DNA from: Eledone cirrhosa
Taxonomy: Eukaryota
Direction: 5' to 3'
DNA: 64,000 nucleotides
Assembly (NCBI GenBank): GCA_964016885.1
Contig: OZ024752.1
Coordinates: 5,084,001 to 5,148,000, forward strand
Numbering within the stretch: the first letter of the stretch is position 1; each line of letters starts with the position of its first letter. Shown one piece after another: positions 27,025 through 41,925 of this stretch. The notes beneath the pieces are model-generated. The model was not told the origin of the DNA, searched no databases, and was given only the letters and a program-made list of their open reading frames with translations. Both the position numbers and the translations under genes were made by a program.

Positions 27025-27118
27025 CACCTATATATATATATAAATCACTGACGAGGGACTAATTTTATAATATTAACCCATGTGCAACCACGCAGTATTC
27101 CTCTTTCTTCTCATGTTT

Positions 27119-27155
<37 letters not shown>

Positions 27156-27188
27156 GTATGTATATATATATATGTATATATATATATG

Positions 27189-27219
<31 letters not shown>

Positions 27220-27357
27220 GCATGTATATATATGTATGCATGTATATATATATGTATGCATGCATATATATATATGCATCTATATATGTAAATATGTATG
27301 TATATATATGTATGCATGTATATATGTATATATATATATATATGTATATATGTATGA

Positions 27358-27396
<39 letters not shown>

Positions 27397-27582
27397 TACA
27401 TGCATACATATATATAGATACATATTTACATATGTATGCATGTATATATGTATATATGTATGAATATATGTGTGTATATATGTATTTATATATATGTATG
27501 TGTATATATGTATATATATATATGTATGTATATATATGTGTATATATATATATGTATATATGTATGAATATATGTATGTATG

Positions 27583-27615
<33 letters not shown>

Positions 27616-27617
27616 AT

Positions 27618-27650
<33 letters not shown>

Positions 27651-27690
27651 AATATATGTATGTATATGTATATATGTATATATATATGTG

Positions 27691-27744
<54 letters not shown>

Positions 27745-27828
27745 TGTATATATATATATATGTATGTATGTATGTATATATATATATGCATTTGTATGTA
27801 TGTATATATATATATGCATTTGTATGTA

Positions 27829-27859
<31 letters not shown>

Positions 27860-27958
27860 TGTTTTTTCTAATTATCTCTTCATTCAAATTTATCTTTATG
27901 ATTCCAACTCATTATTTCCATTTCCCTTAAACTGAAACGACAAAATGCCAAATTCCTC

Positions 27959-28207
27959 CTGGAACTCCTGTGTATTTTCTCTAAACATCGCCATCCATGC
28001 CCCACTCACCACTACTACCACTGGAACTCCTGTGTATTTTCTCTAAACATCGCCATCCATGCCCCACTCACCACTACTACCACTGGAACTCCTGTGTATT
28101 TTCTCTAAACATCGCCATCCATGCCCCACTCACCACTACTACCACTGGAACTCCTGTGTATTTTCTCTAAACATCGCCATCCATGCCCCACTCACCACTA
28201 CTACCAT
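27959..28207. repeat. 62 bp perfect tandem repeat, 4 copies
   Basis: ctggaactcctgtgtattttctctaaacatcgccatccatgccccactcaccactactacca at 27959, 28021, 28083 and 28145. Confidence 0.95.
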
Positions 28208-28694
28208 TAAATTTTAATCACAATTGAAATTTTCAACGACTTTCTGGAGCCCCCTGGCGGAAGTGCAAACAAAAGCATTCCTGCCATGGCCATCCAGCTT
28301 TTTTTAGTGTTTTTTTAAGTCTTCAGATATCTAAAACTGCAGATATGTCTTCTTACTTTTTTTTTTTTCTTAGATATTATAGTATACATTAAGAAAGATT
28401 TGGCTGCTATGTCTAGCAGATTAAGTAACCAAGCAAAGGCTCCCTCACTGGCTCTGATCGTTTCGTTGTTGTTGTTGTTGTGTACTAAGTCAGCTTGTGA
28501 CTGAAGAAACCTATGATCAAAGACATTCCAGCCATAACAATCCCATCAATTTGAGCTGTTCATCTCACACTACATTATCTAATGTGTCCTTCCCTTTTTA
28601 TATTTGTAAAGACAGTGGGGGTGGGGTATGACTGAAAAACATTTGGCTATCATCTTTACCTAAATTAGAAATCATTATTAAATCTATTAAAGGG

Positions 28695-29231
28695 CAGTGG
28701 ATTGGCAGTATCGGTAGAGGGTCGGACGCCATGCTTTGAAGCATAGAGTTAGGTCCCTTTATGATCTGAGTTCAAATCCCGCCGCGGTTAACTTTGCCTT
28801 TCACCCTTACGGGGTCGATAAAATAAAGTACCAGTAATGCACTGGGATAATTGCTGGCCTTGTGCCAAAAGTAGAAACAATTATTATATCTATCTTTATA
28901 CTCTTGCTCACATGAAAAACTGACATTAAACAATGATGGCGATGATTATAATCGTTATTATTATTATTATTAGATAAAATAAAGTACCAGTAATGCACTG
29001 GGTAATTGCTGGCCTTGTGCCAAAAGTAGAAACAATTATTATTATTAGAGCGGTTGATTGGCAGTATTGGTAAAGCATAGGAAAACACTCTTTGTGACAT
29101 AGTGGTATGGCCCTTTACATAAAGATGAAAGATAAAGTTAACCTCGGCGGGATTTGAACTCAGATCATACAGGGAGGTAACTCTATGCTTCAAAGCATGG
29201 CGTCCGACCCTCTACCGATACTGCCAATCCT
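28695..29231. mobile_element. Cluster of SINE family 2 copies (full + copy 28695-28885, duplicated tail, truncated + head, inverted head 29125-29231)
   Basis: Head tggattggcagtatcggtagag with box B gagttcaaatccc; the central gcctttca.cctt.cggggtcgataaa resembles the Meta domain as recalled; (ATT)n tail. Confidence 0.82.
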
Positions 29232-29673
29232 ATAATAATGGCTTCTGATTAATGTTATTAATCAAATCAGCTACAGCCATTTAAAAAATGAGTGGAGATA
29301 ACTAAACTTCCAGATACTTCTCAGCCAAGTCTCCTGTACTTAAACTTCACGATACACACAGACACACACAGACACACACATATACATACAAACCGCTCTC
29401 TTTATGTTGTCAAAAACATGGTTGGATACAGACATTTTGTCTCATATCTGAAGTCAGTGCTCCTAGTTTTAGTCAGTTAAAGGACTGAGTACAAGAGAAG
29501 CTTACAACCATGTTTATTTAGATGTACAGTGCTGGTACACTCGTACATATATAAACACACAGCCATATATTTATTTACACACACATACACATGCCTACGT
29601 ATATATATAAGCATGCACACACACATATATATATATGTATATATATATGTATATATATATATGTGTATATATG

Positions 29674-29762
<89 letters not shown>

Positions 29763-29871
29763 GTATATTTATATATATATGTATATATGTATATATATAT
29801 GTATATATGTATATATATATGTATATATATGTATATATATATGTATATATATATATATGTATATATATAAT

Positions 29872-30080
29872 GTGACCGTGTAGGCAACACGGTAAAAACC
29901 TCCCAGCCCCACACTGTAAATGTGGTTGGTGTTAGGAAGGGCATCCAACTGTAGAAAACCCGCCAGACAGTCCTATGCGAGCAAGACAACCACTCTTGCC
30001 TCAAGTGGGAAAACTCCCGTCCAAACCCATGCAAGCATGGAACACGGACGTTAAACGATGATGATGATGATGATGATGAT
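29872..30080 (+). mobile_element. RTE/SINE-type 3' tail fragment
   Basis: aagggcatccaactgtagaaa...acccatgcaagcatggaacacggacgttaaacgatgatg. Confidence 0.75.
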
Positions 30081-30253
30081 ATATATGTATATATATATAT
30101 ATGTATATATGTATATATATATGTATATATATATGTATATATATATGTATATATATGTATATATATATATATGTATATATATGTATATATATATATATAT
30201 GTATATATATACATATATATATATATGTATATATATATATATGTATATATAGG

Positions 30254-30311
<58 letters not shown>

Positions 30312-30335
30312 TACATATATATATGTATATATAGG

Positions 30336-30516
<181 letters not shown>

Positions 30517-32347
30517 TACACAAATATCAAAGTTATGTTCAAATCATTTAATTGCTGACAATTGTTTCTTCCAAACTTTCATTTGGAGTCATCGGAGCAT
30601 TAGCAATGTTTGTACACATAATTAACCTCCTATTCAACTGAACAATCATATACATACATATATATTGATACATATATAGTTTTTTTATTGTCAGTTGTTG
30701 TGTGTACAGTGTTTTCAGACCAGCTGGTATCTCTTTTCCATGTTTCACCAGCCTTATTAAACTTCCATATCTGCCCATCATCACGTAGGCTGAAGCTTTC
30801 ATGTTCTGCCGAGCTGCGGTTTAAGGAAGCTGCAGCATGTATATGTACACACACATAAATGTACACACAAATAACCCCTTACCCTACAGTAGGTGCATGT
30901 ACACACACACACACTGGCTCATATACACTCAGACAAATACGCGCCTATTACCTACATGCCCACGTACATCTACAAAGATACATACCTACATATATCTGTC
31001 CGTAGTCAAATATGATATACTCACAGTCATATAAATCTACACAGTGGGTCATACAGGGTCATCCATGAAAGGATGCATCTTGTTATACACATGCACAAAT
31101 ATAAACAATGTAACCAAATACATACATCCATACACATACATGCATGTATACATACACACATATAAATAAGTAAATAAGTAAATAAAAAAATAAATAAATG
31201 TATATATATATACACATACATATATATATGTACATACACACACACATACATACACATCTATAAAAAAACTACAATATAATAAAATATACATATAATGTCA
31301 TACATTAAAAGATGTATCTTGTGCTAAACATGCACAAATATAAACAGTATAATCATATACATACATCCATACACATTCACATAACATATACATATATATC
31401 TCTCTACATACGCACACATATAAATATACACATACGCATACATATATACACACATATAAAAAAAATAAAATAAATATACAATATGTTAAAATATACATAT
31501 AACGTCACATAGAGATATATAAAAAAAAAAAGAGAAGAAAGGAGAACGGACGTGTCTGCGTATGATATAGTACATATGGGGAGTATGAGATGTACACTGG
31601 AGCCTGTATACGGAACAAATAATGTGTTCCAAAATGGAACATGTGGAGAGTATGTATTCTCGAGTGAAAAGGTACACATGCATGGGGGTGCGTAGCCCGG
31701 CCATACTGGAGTATGTCACTGTGGTTGAGGTATGTTGTCCCATAGGTGTAAGGTATTTGACTGAAAGACCATGGAATCCGGGTCAACCTGTCCCGGCTCA
31801 GGTGATGTTCTTGCCTGGGGTGACATGCAGAGTCAGGTATGCATCTTGGGTTATTTTGGTTTACCCCACAGGGCATATATTGTCATCAGGGTATGGTGTC
31901 TGATCCCTTGAATATATATATATAAACCACATAAAACACACATGCTTGAATAGACATGTTTTGCATGATATCTTTATATTTTATTTACATCATTGAAATA
32001 ATTTCCATATATTACAAGTCGACATTTTTCAATATATCTACCGCAAAATTCTGAATAAAGTGAAAATAAAATTAATATGAATAGAAATTAATAGAATAAT
32101 ATATAACTCCACCATGTTAACTGTCCTGAACGAAAAAATCTTTGTCACTAACAGTGTCTTTTATTATACTGGCAATCAACCAACCACTATAATACTATTC
32201 AATAGGTTTCAACCATTGGCAATGGTAGGGTAGAATTATTAAAAGATAATGGAGAAGTATTTATGTTGTCATCTGGTTTGCTAAAATTAATAGCCAAATC
32301 TCCTTCAAATTACACCCAATCATCTTTAAATTAAAAAAAAAGTTTTA

Positions 32348-32538
32348 TTAACTCTTTATCATTTCCATTACTCTATATATACTATTGTATTTTCGTGGTA
32401 AAGGCTTTATCTCACATAATATCTCAAATTATATCGAATCTATGAGATTTTGATAGTATTTATTTTGAGAACAATAACTTAACATCAGTATGAGAGAATT
32501 CTGGCCAAATACAGCCGATTTAAACGCTAAAGGGTTAA
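32348..32538. mobile_element. piggyBac-like MITE
   Basis: TTAA-ctctttatc ... gctaaaggg-TTAA. The interior is the reverse complement of the elements at 42766 and 43548. Confidence 0.7.
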
Positions 32539-33614
32539 ATTTTGAAAAAATGGTTGTATTAAACTTTGTAGTCTTTTGGTGTGGAGGAGGGGTTCGTATT
32601 ACAAAGAATCACTGGACAGATTTTATGGGCAAAACCAACTGGCAGGGGTAGACCCCAAGAAAAATGGTTAGATAACATCCATGAGCTTGGCTGGTCACGC
32701 TTAAGGATCCAACTGGATCAGTTGGAGACGGTTGCTTCTGACAGGACCTACTGGAAGGAATATTTGAGGACTCTCCCCTATAACCTTCTCAGGAAAAAGT
32801 GGGTGAAGAAGCAGCAGTATTTTAGTGCTCTAAAACATGGAATGCCTCTCTGATCATAACTCTTCTCAGTCATGGCTGAACTTGAACAAAACAACAACTA
32901 TTACTACTACTTTTGTTGTGATGATTGTAATTATATCTGAATACTTATAGTACTTACTCTCGGATCCCAAATAATAAGGGGAGGGGTATAAGTGTGGGGG
33001 GTCCTAATAAGCAGGGAATTGGAATAAGTGGGGTGGGGGCTTGAAAAATCGGTAATTTTTCTCGGTTGTCTCCATTGATTTTTTAAAAACCAGAATTAAT
33101 CATTTAGTTTACATATTGAGACCCCCAACCCATCCTATATATTTTATAACATATGGGATTTCTAGTAATGTACTTTTTTTTGTTGTGTAAAATGTTTTAT
33201 AATGTATAAAGAAAATCGATTGTCCCAGGAATGTGGGTCTTGTCAGAGGTAACCATCTCCAACTGATCCAGCTGGGTCTCCAAACGAAACCAGCCAAGCT
33301 CATGGATGTTATTCAACCATTTTGCTTGGGGTCTAAACCCCCCCCCCCCCCCCCAAAAAAAAGTTTTAAAGGAGAAAAAAATGTACCAATATTTTTTTGT
33401 TTTATTTTTTCGTTTTGTTTTTGTTTTTATTTATTTAGTTTATCATTTTACATCTTTGACACCTTTAATATAGGTATCTTCCGACTGCAGTCAATGTTCT
33501 CGTTATTGCCGTATGGAACCGAAGGTAAACAATAGTTTGGCTTTTGCAAATATATAGTGTGTGTCTACATGCACACTGATCTCTGTGAGTGTGTGTGTGT
33601 GTAATATAACATAA

Positions 33615-33659
<45 letters not shown>

Positions 33660-34940
33660 AATAATTATGTGAAGACTAAAATCCAAAGAGGACTCGATAA
33701 GGATTATATATATATAAACCCGTAGTGCAAATATTTATTACAAGAACAGATTAAAGTTTAGGCAAAGAATCACTGCTTTCACCCTTAACAAGATCTTCTG
33801 AAAATGAAAAATCAATCTGTGGACACAGAAGTAAATATTTCAAAAAACGTTACAACCAAAGGAAAACAGGAAGACAGTACTTTGGTTCATGAAGACGTTC
33901 TCTGGTGAGGAACAAAAAAATACAAGGATAATTATATTGTTATGTGAAGCGAGAAGAACGAATTCTTGCAAAGAGAAAAAAACATTTATCCTATAAAAGA
34001 AATCATTACACAAATATTCTATTTAGAATAACCGAATGATTTCTAGCTCTGGAGTTTGAGAATAATGTAAATAAAATTATTAAACGAAAATGACAGAAGT
34101 TATTAATAATAGTAAAAGTAAATAATGATGAGAACATTAAAGTATTGATATAAGATTTAGGCCCATACATAAATATGCACTTATATATATATATATATTA
34201 TATATATATATATATGATATTAGGTATAAATCAAAGTTGGAGCTGCCACATATGTATATGTGTGTGTGTGTATATATATATATATTATGACGGCCATATA
34301 TATACATTTGACATACATGCCTATATTATAATATGTATGTAATTGTATATGTATTATGACAGCCATCGTGGAAGATGGACGTTAAACGATGATGATGATG
34401 TATGTATATAGATATAATAGATATAAATTGAAGTTGTAACCACAGTATAGCAAATACCATATATATGTACTGTCACTAGTTTACAATACCTTTTACTCTT
34501 TTCTGTCATTAAACTGTGGCTATGTTAGGGCATCACCTTGAGGCCTTTGCGCATGTCAAAAAAAGTACTATAAGACACACATACCTTGTAGTATGACAAT
34601 AGTAAATATAAAACCATGTGCTATTACTTTTAAAATGATTTCTGTCTCATAGTGATAAGTTTGTAGAAAACATATGAATGACAAAATATAAGAAACATTT
34701 CTGCTCTATAGTTCTTGAGACAGAATATAGATAGTGATAGCTTTTGATTTTTATACAAAGCATTCTGCTTTGACTATAAATGCATGACAAGATAAATTCA
34801 TGTATTTGCACATATATATATGTATGTAGGTGTGAGACTGAGAGAGTTTGTGTTTATGTGTGTGTCAGGCACACATAAACACACACAGACATATATATAT
34901 ATGTGCCTGTCTGTGTGTACCTATGTATATTTATTATATT

Positions 34941-34985
<45 letters not shown>

Positions 34986-35060
34986 GTGTTGTTGTCATGT
35001 ATATATATATATGTGTGCATGTGTATATATATATATACATATATATATATATGTATATAC

Positions 35061-35142
<82 letters not shown>

Positions 35143-35244
35143 TTATATATATATATATATATATATATTTTTAATTGTGTGTGTATATATATATATACGC
35201 ATGTACACACATATATATATGTGTGTATATATATATACACATGT

Positions 35245-35275
<31 letters not shown>

Positions 35276-36041
35276 CATGACAACAACGCAGACATATAAC
35301 TGGTGCAATATTCTAATAAAATTACTAACAAATTTGTATAGGAATCTCTATTTCCTTTTGTCTCTATTATATTTCTAATACGGTAGCCATTTGCAAAATG
35401 TAAAAAAAAACCAACCATTTCTTTGTAATATAACAGATGTGTTCTCCAGAAGTAACCTATAAAGCAATTGTTAAGCCTGAGAGGAAGGTAACTATTTTAT
35501 GTCTCTGCTTGTTTTTATTTCAAGCATTATGATAATAATAGTAAAAGTAATAATTGTAGTATTATTAATAATATTAATGGTAATTGTTTCTACTTTTGGC
35601 ACAAGGCCAGCAACTTACACAGTACATTACTGGTACTTTATGATAATGATAGCGATGATGATGGTGGTGGTAGTGGTGGTAATGATCATGATGATGATGA
35701 TGCTCACGGTGATGATAATGATGATGATGATGATTGTGGTGTTGATGATGGCAATAGTGATGGTAATGATGATGATGATGATGACAACAGTGCTAGTGAT
35801 GATGATGATGATGATGATGCTGATGATGATGATGCACATGGTGGTGATGGTGATGATTGTGGTAGTGGTGATGCTGATGATGATGATGCTCGTGATAAAC
35901 TCAAAAAATGCTTTCTATACAGAAATAGATGTTTAAAACAATAACGAGCATAGTAATTATAATAATAAGAGAAATTATAATTATTAATAATCATTTCCTG
36001 TATTGTAATAGTAATCATAATACCAACAAAAAAAGCAACAA

Positions 36042-36092
<51 letters not shown>

Positions 36093-36169
36093 CCGTGTAA
36101 TAAAGATTACGTTTTTCTTCTAATTTTTATTTTATATTTTTATACACTTTAAATTTCTTTTTTCCATTT

Positions 36170-36885
36170 ACTTTGGTTTATGTTCATACGAGTTATCACC
36201 AAGTCACAACCAGTGACCTCAAGAGACAACAAGGTCCGCCATGTTCAAGAAAGAACATACATACACACATACATGTATCTTTAGGTGTTTAGACCTGTGA
36301 TGTACTTGACAGAATCTTCCTTAGTATGTGGGCAGTTCCCATTAGTACTATCTTTTGTATTTCTTCTATACGTGGGTTTCCTGGGATTTGGGATAAGTAA
36401 TCATTAGACCCCTTAGGTATCATTCCTAGAGCGCCTACAACCACTGGTATTGTTTTAGTTCTCAACTTCCACATTTTTCCAATCTCTATTGCTCAATTTT
36501 TCAAATGTTTTTATAGATACATTCTTGTCTATTGGAATGGACATATCAACTAGCAGGCATACCCTCTTTTTAAAGTCCTTCAGTATTATATCAGGTCTAT
36601 TTGCATCTATTTTTCGGTCTGTTTGGATGCTAAAGTTCAAAATTGAGATGTGACCTTTTTCAAGTACAGGAGGTGGTTGATGCTCCCACCAATCCTTTTG
36701 ATGGGGCAGATCAAAATGCTTACACATTATCCAATGTATGTATTGAGCAGCTCTGTCGTGCCTGTTTAGGTATTCAGTTGGAGCTATAGAACTGCACGTT
36801 GAAATTATATGATCAATGGTCTGGTTGTTTTTTACATACACGGCATAATGGGTTGCATCCATTTTTTATGATGTTGGCGTGCTAT
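36170..36885 (-). mobile_element. R4/Dong-like non-LTR retrotransposon 3' end (zinc knuckle + restriction-like endonuclease)
   Basis: TIDHIISTC...YLNRHD...QTDRKIDANRPDII...VVVGALG...IQKIVLMGTAHILRKIL. Confidence 0.88.
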
Positions 36886-36899
36886 TTTTTTTTAATTAT

Positions 36900-37183
36900 T
36901 ATTGTTCTTTGAGTCTCAGTCATTGATGTTATTTAACTGGAAAGTTTGTTGAAATGAACATCAAGCCACTATTTGCAACCTCAGATATTCAGGACGTGTT
37001 GGAGAGTTGTTGCTGTTTCCAGCAAGCATGCTTTTTGAAGTGTTCCAACAAATGGGACTAGACTAATCTTCTTTAACCATCTTTGGAAACTCCTTGAGAT
37101 AGTACCTAGTGCTCCTATGACAATCGGGACAACCTTCATCTCATGACAGCCCCAAATCCTTTTTAACTCCCACTTTAAATCCT
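36900..37183 (-). mobile_element. Second RLE-type LINE C-terminal fragment
   Basis: Minus translation LKWELKRIWGCHEMKVVPIVIGALGTIS...LQKACLLETA. Confidence 0.75.
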
Positions 37184-37214
37184 TTATTATTATTAATAAT
37201 AATAATAATGATCA

Positions 37215-37730
37215 TTTCTTTTTATTTGCCACAAGGGCCTACAAAAAGGGGAACAATACAACAGACAGGTACAGTGGGGGGGAGGGGTACAATGAAATAG
37301 AGTAGAAAGAAATTAACAAACAAATAACAATGAACAAAAGAATTACAACAATAAAAATTCCCCAATAGGGGAGGACACCCAGGGGTGACTGAGGAATCCC
37401 TCAAATCCTAAACCACCCAATACTCAAAGAGCACCCCAGGAGAGTGTCCGTTCCTCTCTAAATCAACCATCATCTCCCTTTCCAAGTGAAACTTGAAAAG
37501 CTTGATGAGGGTTTGGTCGAAGAGAAATGTGTCTGTCTTTGGTCCTTTCAACCTGGTCCACTACAGAAACTCTTTCGCCATGGCCACCAGACAGAGGAAA
37601 ACTGCATATCCTTCCTGGCCAAAAGAAAGTGGCTAGGTGATCTTCACTATGGACTTGGTCGATAACTGGATCAGTTCTACATGTAACATCAGTTGTTCAA
37701 CATAACTCCACAAGTCAGTAATGCTTTAGG
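37215..37730 (-). mobile_element. Probable L1/Tx1-like LINE 3' remnant
   Basis: Degenerate minus-strand reading (DLWSYVEQL...FLCLVAMAKE...WTRLKG), then a T-rich UTR and an A-rich end. Confidence 0.45.
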
Positions 37731-38124
37731 AAACAACTTGGCACCTGTGATGCTGTTGCTCATTTTCTTTCTTTTTTCATTTGTGTAGAGTGGAGCAATG
37801 TGAAATAAAGTGTCTTACCCAATGATACAATGTAGACCCCAGTCAAAATATTGACCTCACAACCTTTCAATTGTGAGCTGAAAAATATCAATTATAAAAA
37901 CAATGCTAAATACATATGGTAATAGGCACCAATACTGTAGGTATCTCAATAATACCAGGGTTCACAACCCTACAGTGTCCAAAAATATCTGTTATAAACA
38001 GCCAACATTTTGCACAAGACAAATAAAACTATTTCCATACAAAACTTACCCCTTAATAGAACCATCTCCACTCAAAACATAGCTAATAAATCATACCCCC
38101 TTAAGACTACTGAATGATAATAAT

Positions 38125-38316
38125 AATAATAATTGTTTCTACTTTTGGCACAAGGCCAGCAATTACCCAATGTATTACTGGTACTTTATTTTATCGACCC
38201 CGTAAGGATGAAAGGCAAAGTTAACCTCGGCGGGATTTGAACTCAGAATGGCAAGGGCCGTAACTCAATGCGTCAAAGCATGGCGTCCGACCCTCTACCG
38301 ATACTGCCAATCCACC
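38125..38316 (-). mobile_element. SINE family 2 full copy
   Basis: Reverse complement of the 28695-28885 type. Confidence 0.85.
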
Positions 38317-38992
38317 TAGCTAAAATGTTATGTATACATGGTAGAATTCACATCAGACTGTTCTCCCATTGATAAAACCATTTTCTTGTGATGTAAGAAT
38401 TGAAATTTGGTTTGTTTTAGTACTGTAGTACTCTGAACAGTTGTAAACAGTCTTTATCTAGTTTTCATACTATCATTTTCATGTCATTTCTGTTTTTTAT
38501 ATATTTATTCATTTATTTATCTATTTGCTTTATTTTATTTTTTTTCCGTGGCGAAGGGAAGCAATTTTCTCATCTCTTGTTTGCAATAATTAAACTAATT
38601 GTTTGTAGTAATTAGTTGATTATATTTTAAGTTCCACCTACAGACATTGATTTAATCTGAAAAATAATAGCAATCGTAACAGCTCTTAACAGCTGCGTGA
38701 TTAAAGCCTGCATGTTTTGAAGCCAGCCATGTAGTTTGGAGCTCAATCTCCCTGCATAGCGCTTTTGGAAAGTATCTCCTAGCCAGAGCTTCTGGTTGTC
38801 CAAGACTGAATAAAATTTGGTAGACTAAATCTATGCCTGTCATATATAAATATATAATCCACTAGGTGAAACGTGCATCCTCAAGTATGGTTTGCTAATT
38901 TGTTGTGAAACTCTCTCTCTCTTTCTCCCCCCCCCCTCTCTATATATATTTGTATATATGTATGTATATATATATATATGTATATATATATG

Positions 38993-39024
<32 letters not shown>

Positions 39025-41000
39025 AGAAAATGAGGGGTTTGTTTAAATGAAAAAAAAACGAGATGTCCTACATGAGTGAAAGTATAAGGAAAAGAAATCG
39101 AAAATGCAACTGGAGTCTTTTTAAGAATATTTATTTGTTTCTTTTACTGGTTTCACAGTTCTTATGCTTTTCAACAGTAGAATTGAGATGGAGGGTTTGT
39201 GGTTTTTCTCGCATCTGGTTGGTGTTCGAATGTTACTGCTGTTTTATGTGGAAAAAAGTGGCTCGAATTGCTAGGTTTTTAAAAAAAATAATTTGGTTGG
39301 TTGATGAGTGTAACATAAATAAGTACATCAACTTTCGCGCCAGTTCGTGTTTGAGGGTTCTTTATTACCATTTTCATTTTAGAAAGTGGCTCAAATTGTT
39401 ATTTTTTTATAAATTAATTTGGTTGGTTATGACTGTCATGTGAAAATGTACATTAAATTTTGTGCCAGTTCCTATTTGGGGGTTCTTTATAGCTGTTTTC
39501 ACAGTCATATGATTTGTCATAGAGAGTTTTGTGCCAAACAAAAGATAATAGTCAAAAAAAGGGATGGGGAGAAATCGTTCTAATTCAGTGAGTATGGCTG
39601 ATGTGCTGAGGTGTCAAAATTCATACTTTCTATTGAAATAAATTGAATGTTTGTATAGATAGTGGTGATGGTGGCGGCAGGGTAGAAAATAGAGATACAT
39701 ATTTTTTTATTTGTGTGTGAATGCATGTGTTGGAAAATTATTCCATTAGTAGAAATGGAGAAGGATGTTATGTGTGGGTGTGTGTGGGGTATGGTTAGCA
39801 TGTTAAGGTGTTAAAATATTAACATATGTTAAAGTATATTTAGCTCTGGTCTTTTATTTTCGAATATAGAAAAGGGTGATATGTGTGTATGTGTGTGTGT
39901 GTATGTATGTGTCTGTGTGGATGGTTAGCATGTTATGATGTTAACATATTAATGTATATTAAACTATATTTAATGCTGGTCTATATTTTTGAATAAACAT
40001 ATTTTCCTTATTTATTCATATTTGGTCTGTTGTATTGTCAGTGCAAAGATAAGGTGGGAAGACTTGGAGTTTGGGTGTCTCATCGTTTGCGCATATGTCT
40101 AGATGTGCACTGAGTAGTATCCGTCTCGTGGTAGAGTCTCGTAATTGTTGGCAATGAATTGTCATCCTGTTACTGAATGTGAGTTTAGTTTGTCCTATAT
40201 AATCTTCATTGCATCCTTTATATTTAATGGCATAAATTAAATTTTTTGATGAGCAAAGTGAAGTGATTTTTTGCAACAAAATTTTTTCATGATTGAAATG
40301 TATACATGGTGCCTTCAATGAGGTGAGTGCAAGTTCCGCAATTAGAGCGACTACATTTTTTGACAGTTGGTTGTGGGTTTGTGGTGGGTAATTTGGCATT
40401 GGTGAGTAATGTTTTTAGTGATTTCGGTTGTCTTTTGCTTTTGATTATTTTGTGTGTTTCAAGGGCTTTTTTCATTCTTGGGTCTTGTTTCAATAGTGGG
40501 ATGTTCTTGTGAATAATGTTGTATGCCTCCGTATTTCTTGGGTTGTGTGTTTAGATATATGATAGAATATTGGACGAACCTTGAATTTGTTTCTGTTTTC
40601 ATAATTCATCAATGCCTATTGCTTTAACCCTTTCTATTCCATTATCTATTAGTAACGGTGGGTACTGTATTTCGAGCAGAATTTCCTTTAATTCTTGCAC
40701 TCTTTTATTTTGTGTTTCATAATTGGAGACAATTGTGCAAATTCTTCTTGCTAGATTAAAAGGGATGTTCGTCTTTGTGTGCTTTGCATGGCTGGAAGTG
40801 AATAACAGGTATTGTTTTGAATCTGTTGGTTTGTTGTTGATGTCAGTTTCAATATTTGTGTCTTTTTTTATGATTAAGATGTCCAGAAATGAGAGTTGGT
40901 CTTTACTGTATTCCATTGTGAATTGGATGTGGTTATTGATGCTGTTAATTAAATTTTTGAAATCATTTAGTTGGTCGAGGCAAATACAATAAAGTGTACC
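39025..41000 (-). mobile_element. Decayed PLE related to the 1-1860 element (RT C-terminus, GIY-YIG, pseudo-LTR)
   Basis: ORFs 40599-41009 (LSFLD, KPTDSKQYL, NIPFNLARRICTIV), 40287-40493 (CSRSNCGTC) and 40016-40399 (NLIYAIK...DYIGQT). Confidence 0.88.
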
Positions 41001-41319
41001 TCTTCTCAATAAACCATCCTATATATATAATGGACCAAGAGGTGGAAATTAGCAAAATTTAATGCATTTTTACAAAAATACTGTAGATTTTTAGTCCCTC
41101 TGAGTTGTACAGACACTTTCTTGTCACCTTTACCATTGCACTTGCAGTGAACTCATTTAACTAGTTTGGGGCTCATTGGAAACCTATAACAAATGATGCT
41201 ATCAAATGCTTGATACAAATATTTCTTTCTAACTGTACAGTAACAGCTGAAGCCAACAGGGAAGCCTATATGTAGTCATTTGATCAGCTAAAAATAGCAA
41301 CTAAAGAGTGGGAGTGTTA

Positions 41320-41925
41320 GTCTATTAACCAATCACAGTACATGCTTGGTACTTTTATTTGATCCCAGAAGAATCAAAGGCAGAGTTCACCTTGAAATGA
41401 TTTGAACCTTAAAATGTTACTAAATACCTGAAGACATTTTGTCCAGTAATTTAATAATTCAGCCAATCCACTGCCTTAAATAATAATGATAATAATGACT
41501 ACTACTATAGGCACAAGGCCAGCAATTTAGGGTGGTGTGTGGGAGTCGATTAAATCGACCCCAGTGCATTACTGGTACTTTATTTTATTAACCCTTGATG
41601 AAAGGCAAAGCTAACCTCGGTGGGATTTGAACTTAGAATGTAAAGAGCCATAACTCTATGCTGTGAAGCATGTTGTCTGACACTCTACTGATGCTATCAA
41701 TGCACTGCCCTCAACAGTGCAAATAATGGTTTCTCAATTAGGTACAAGGCCAATAAATTTGGGGTAGGGGAAAGTCAATAAATTGACTCCAGTGTGTTAT
41801 TGGTACGTTATTATATCGACCCCGTAAGGCAAAGCTAACCTCAGCGGGATTTGGACTGAAAACGTAAAGGGCCATAACTCTATGCTGCGAAGCATCTTGT
41901 CTAACACCCTTCCAACACTGCCCTC
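41320..41925 (-). mobile_element. Three tandem, diverged SINE family 2 copies
   Basis: Repeated ggtacttt...aaggcaaagctaacctc...gatttgaact blocks. Confidence 0.7.

Noticed and set aside
30711-30840. Coding-looking island (ORFs 30548-30802 and 30630-30866)
   Set aside because: No recognisable domain and no consistent acceptor/donor pair.
35499-36123. Met/Val/Ile-rich ORFs
   Set aside because: (ATG)n/(AGT)n trinucleotide repeats.
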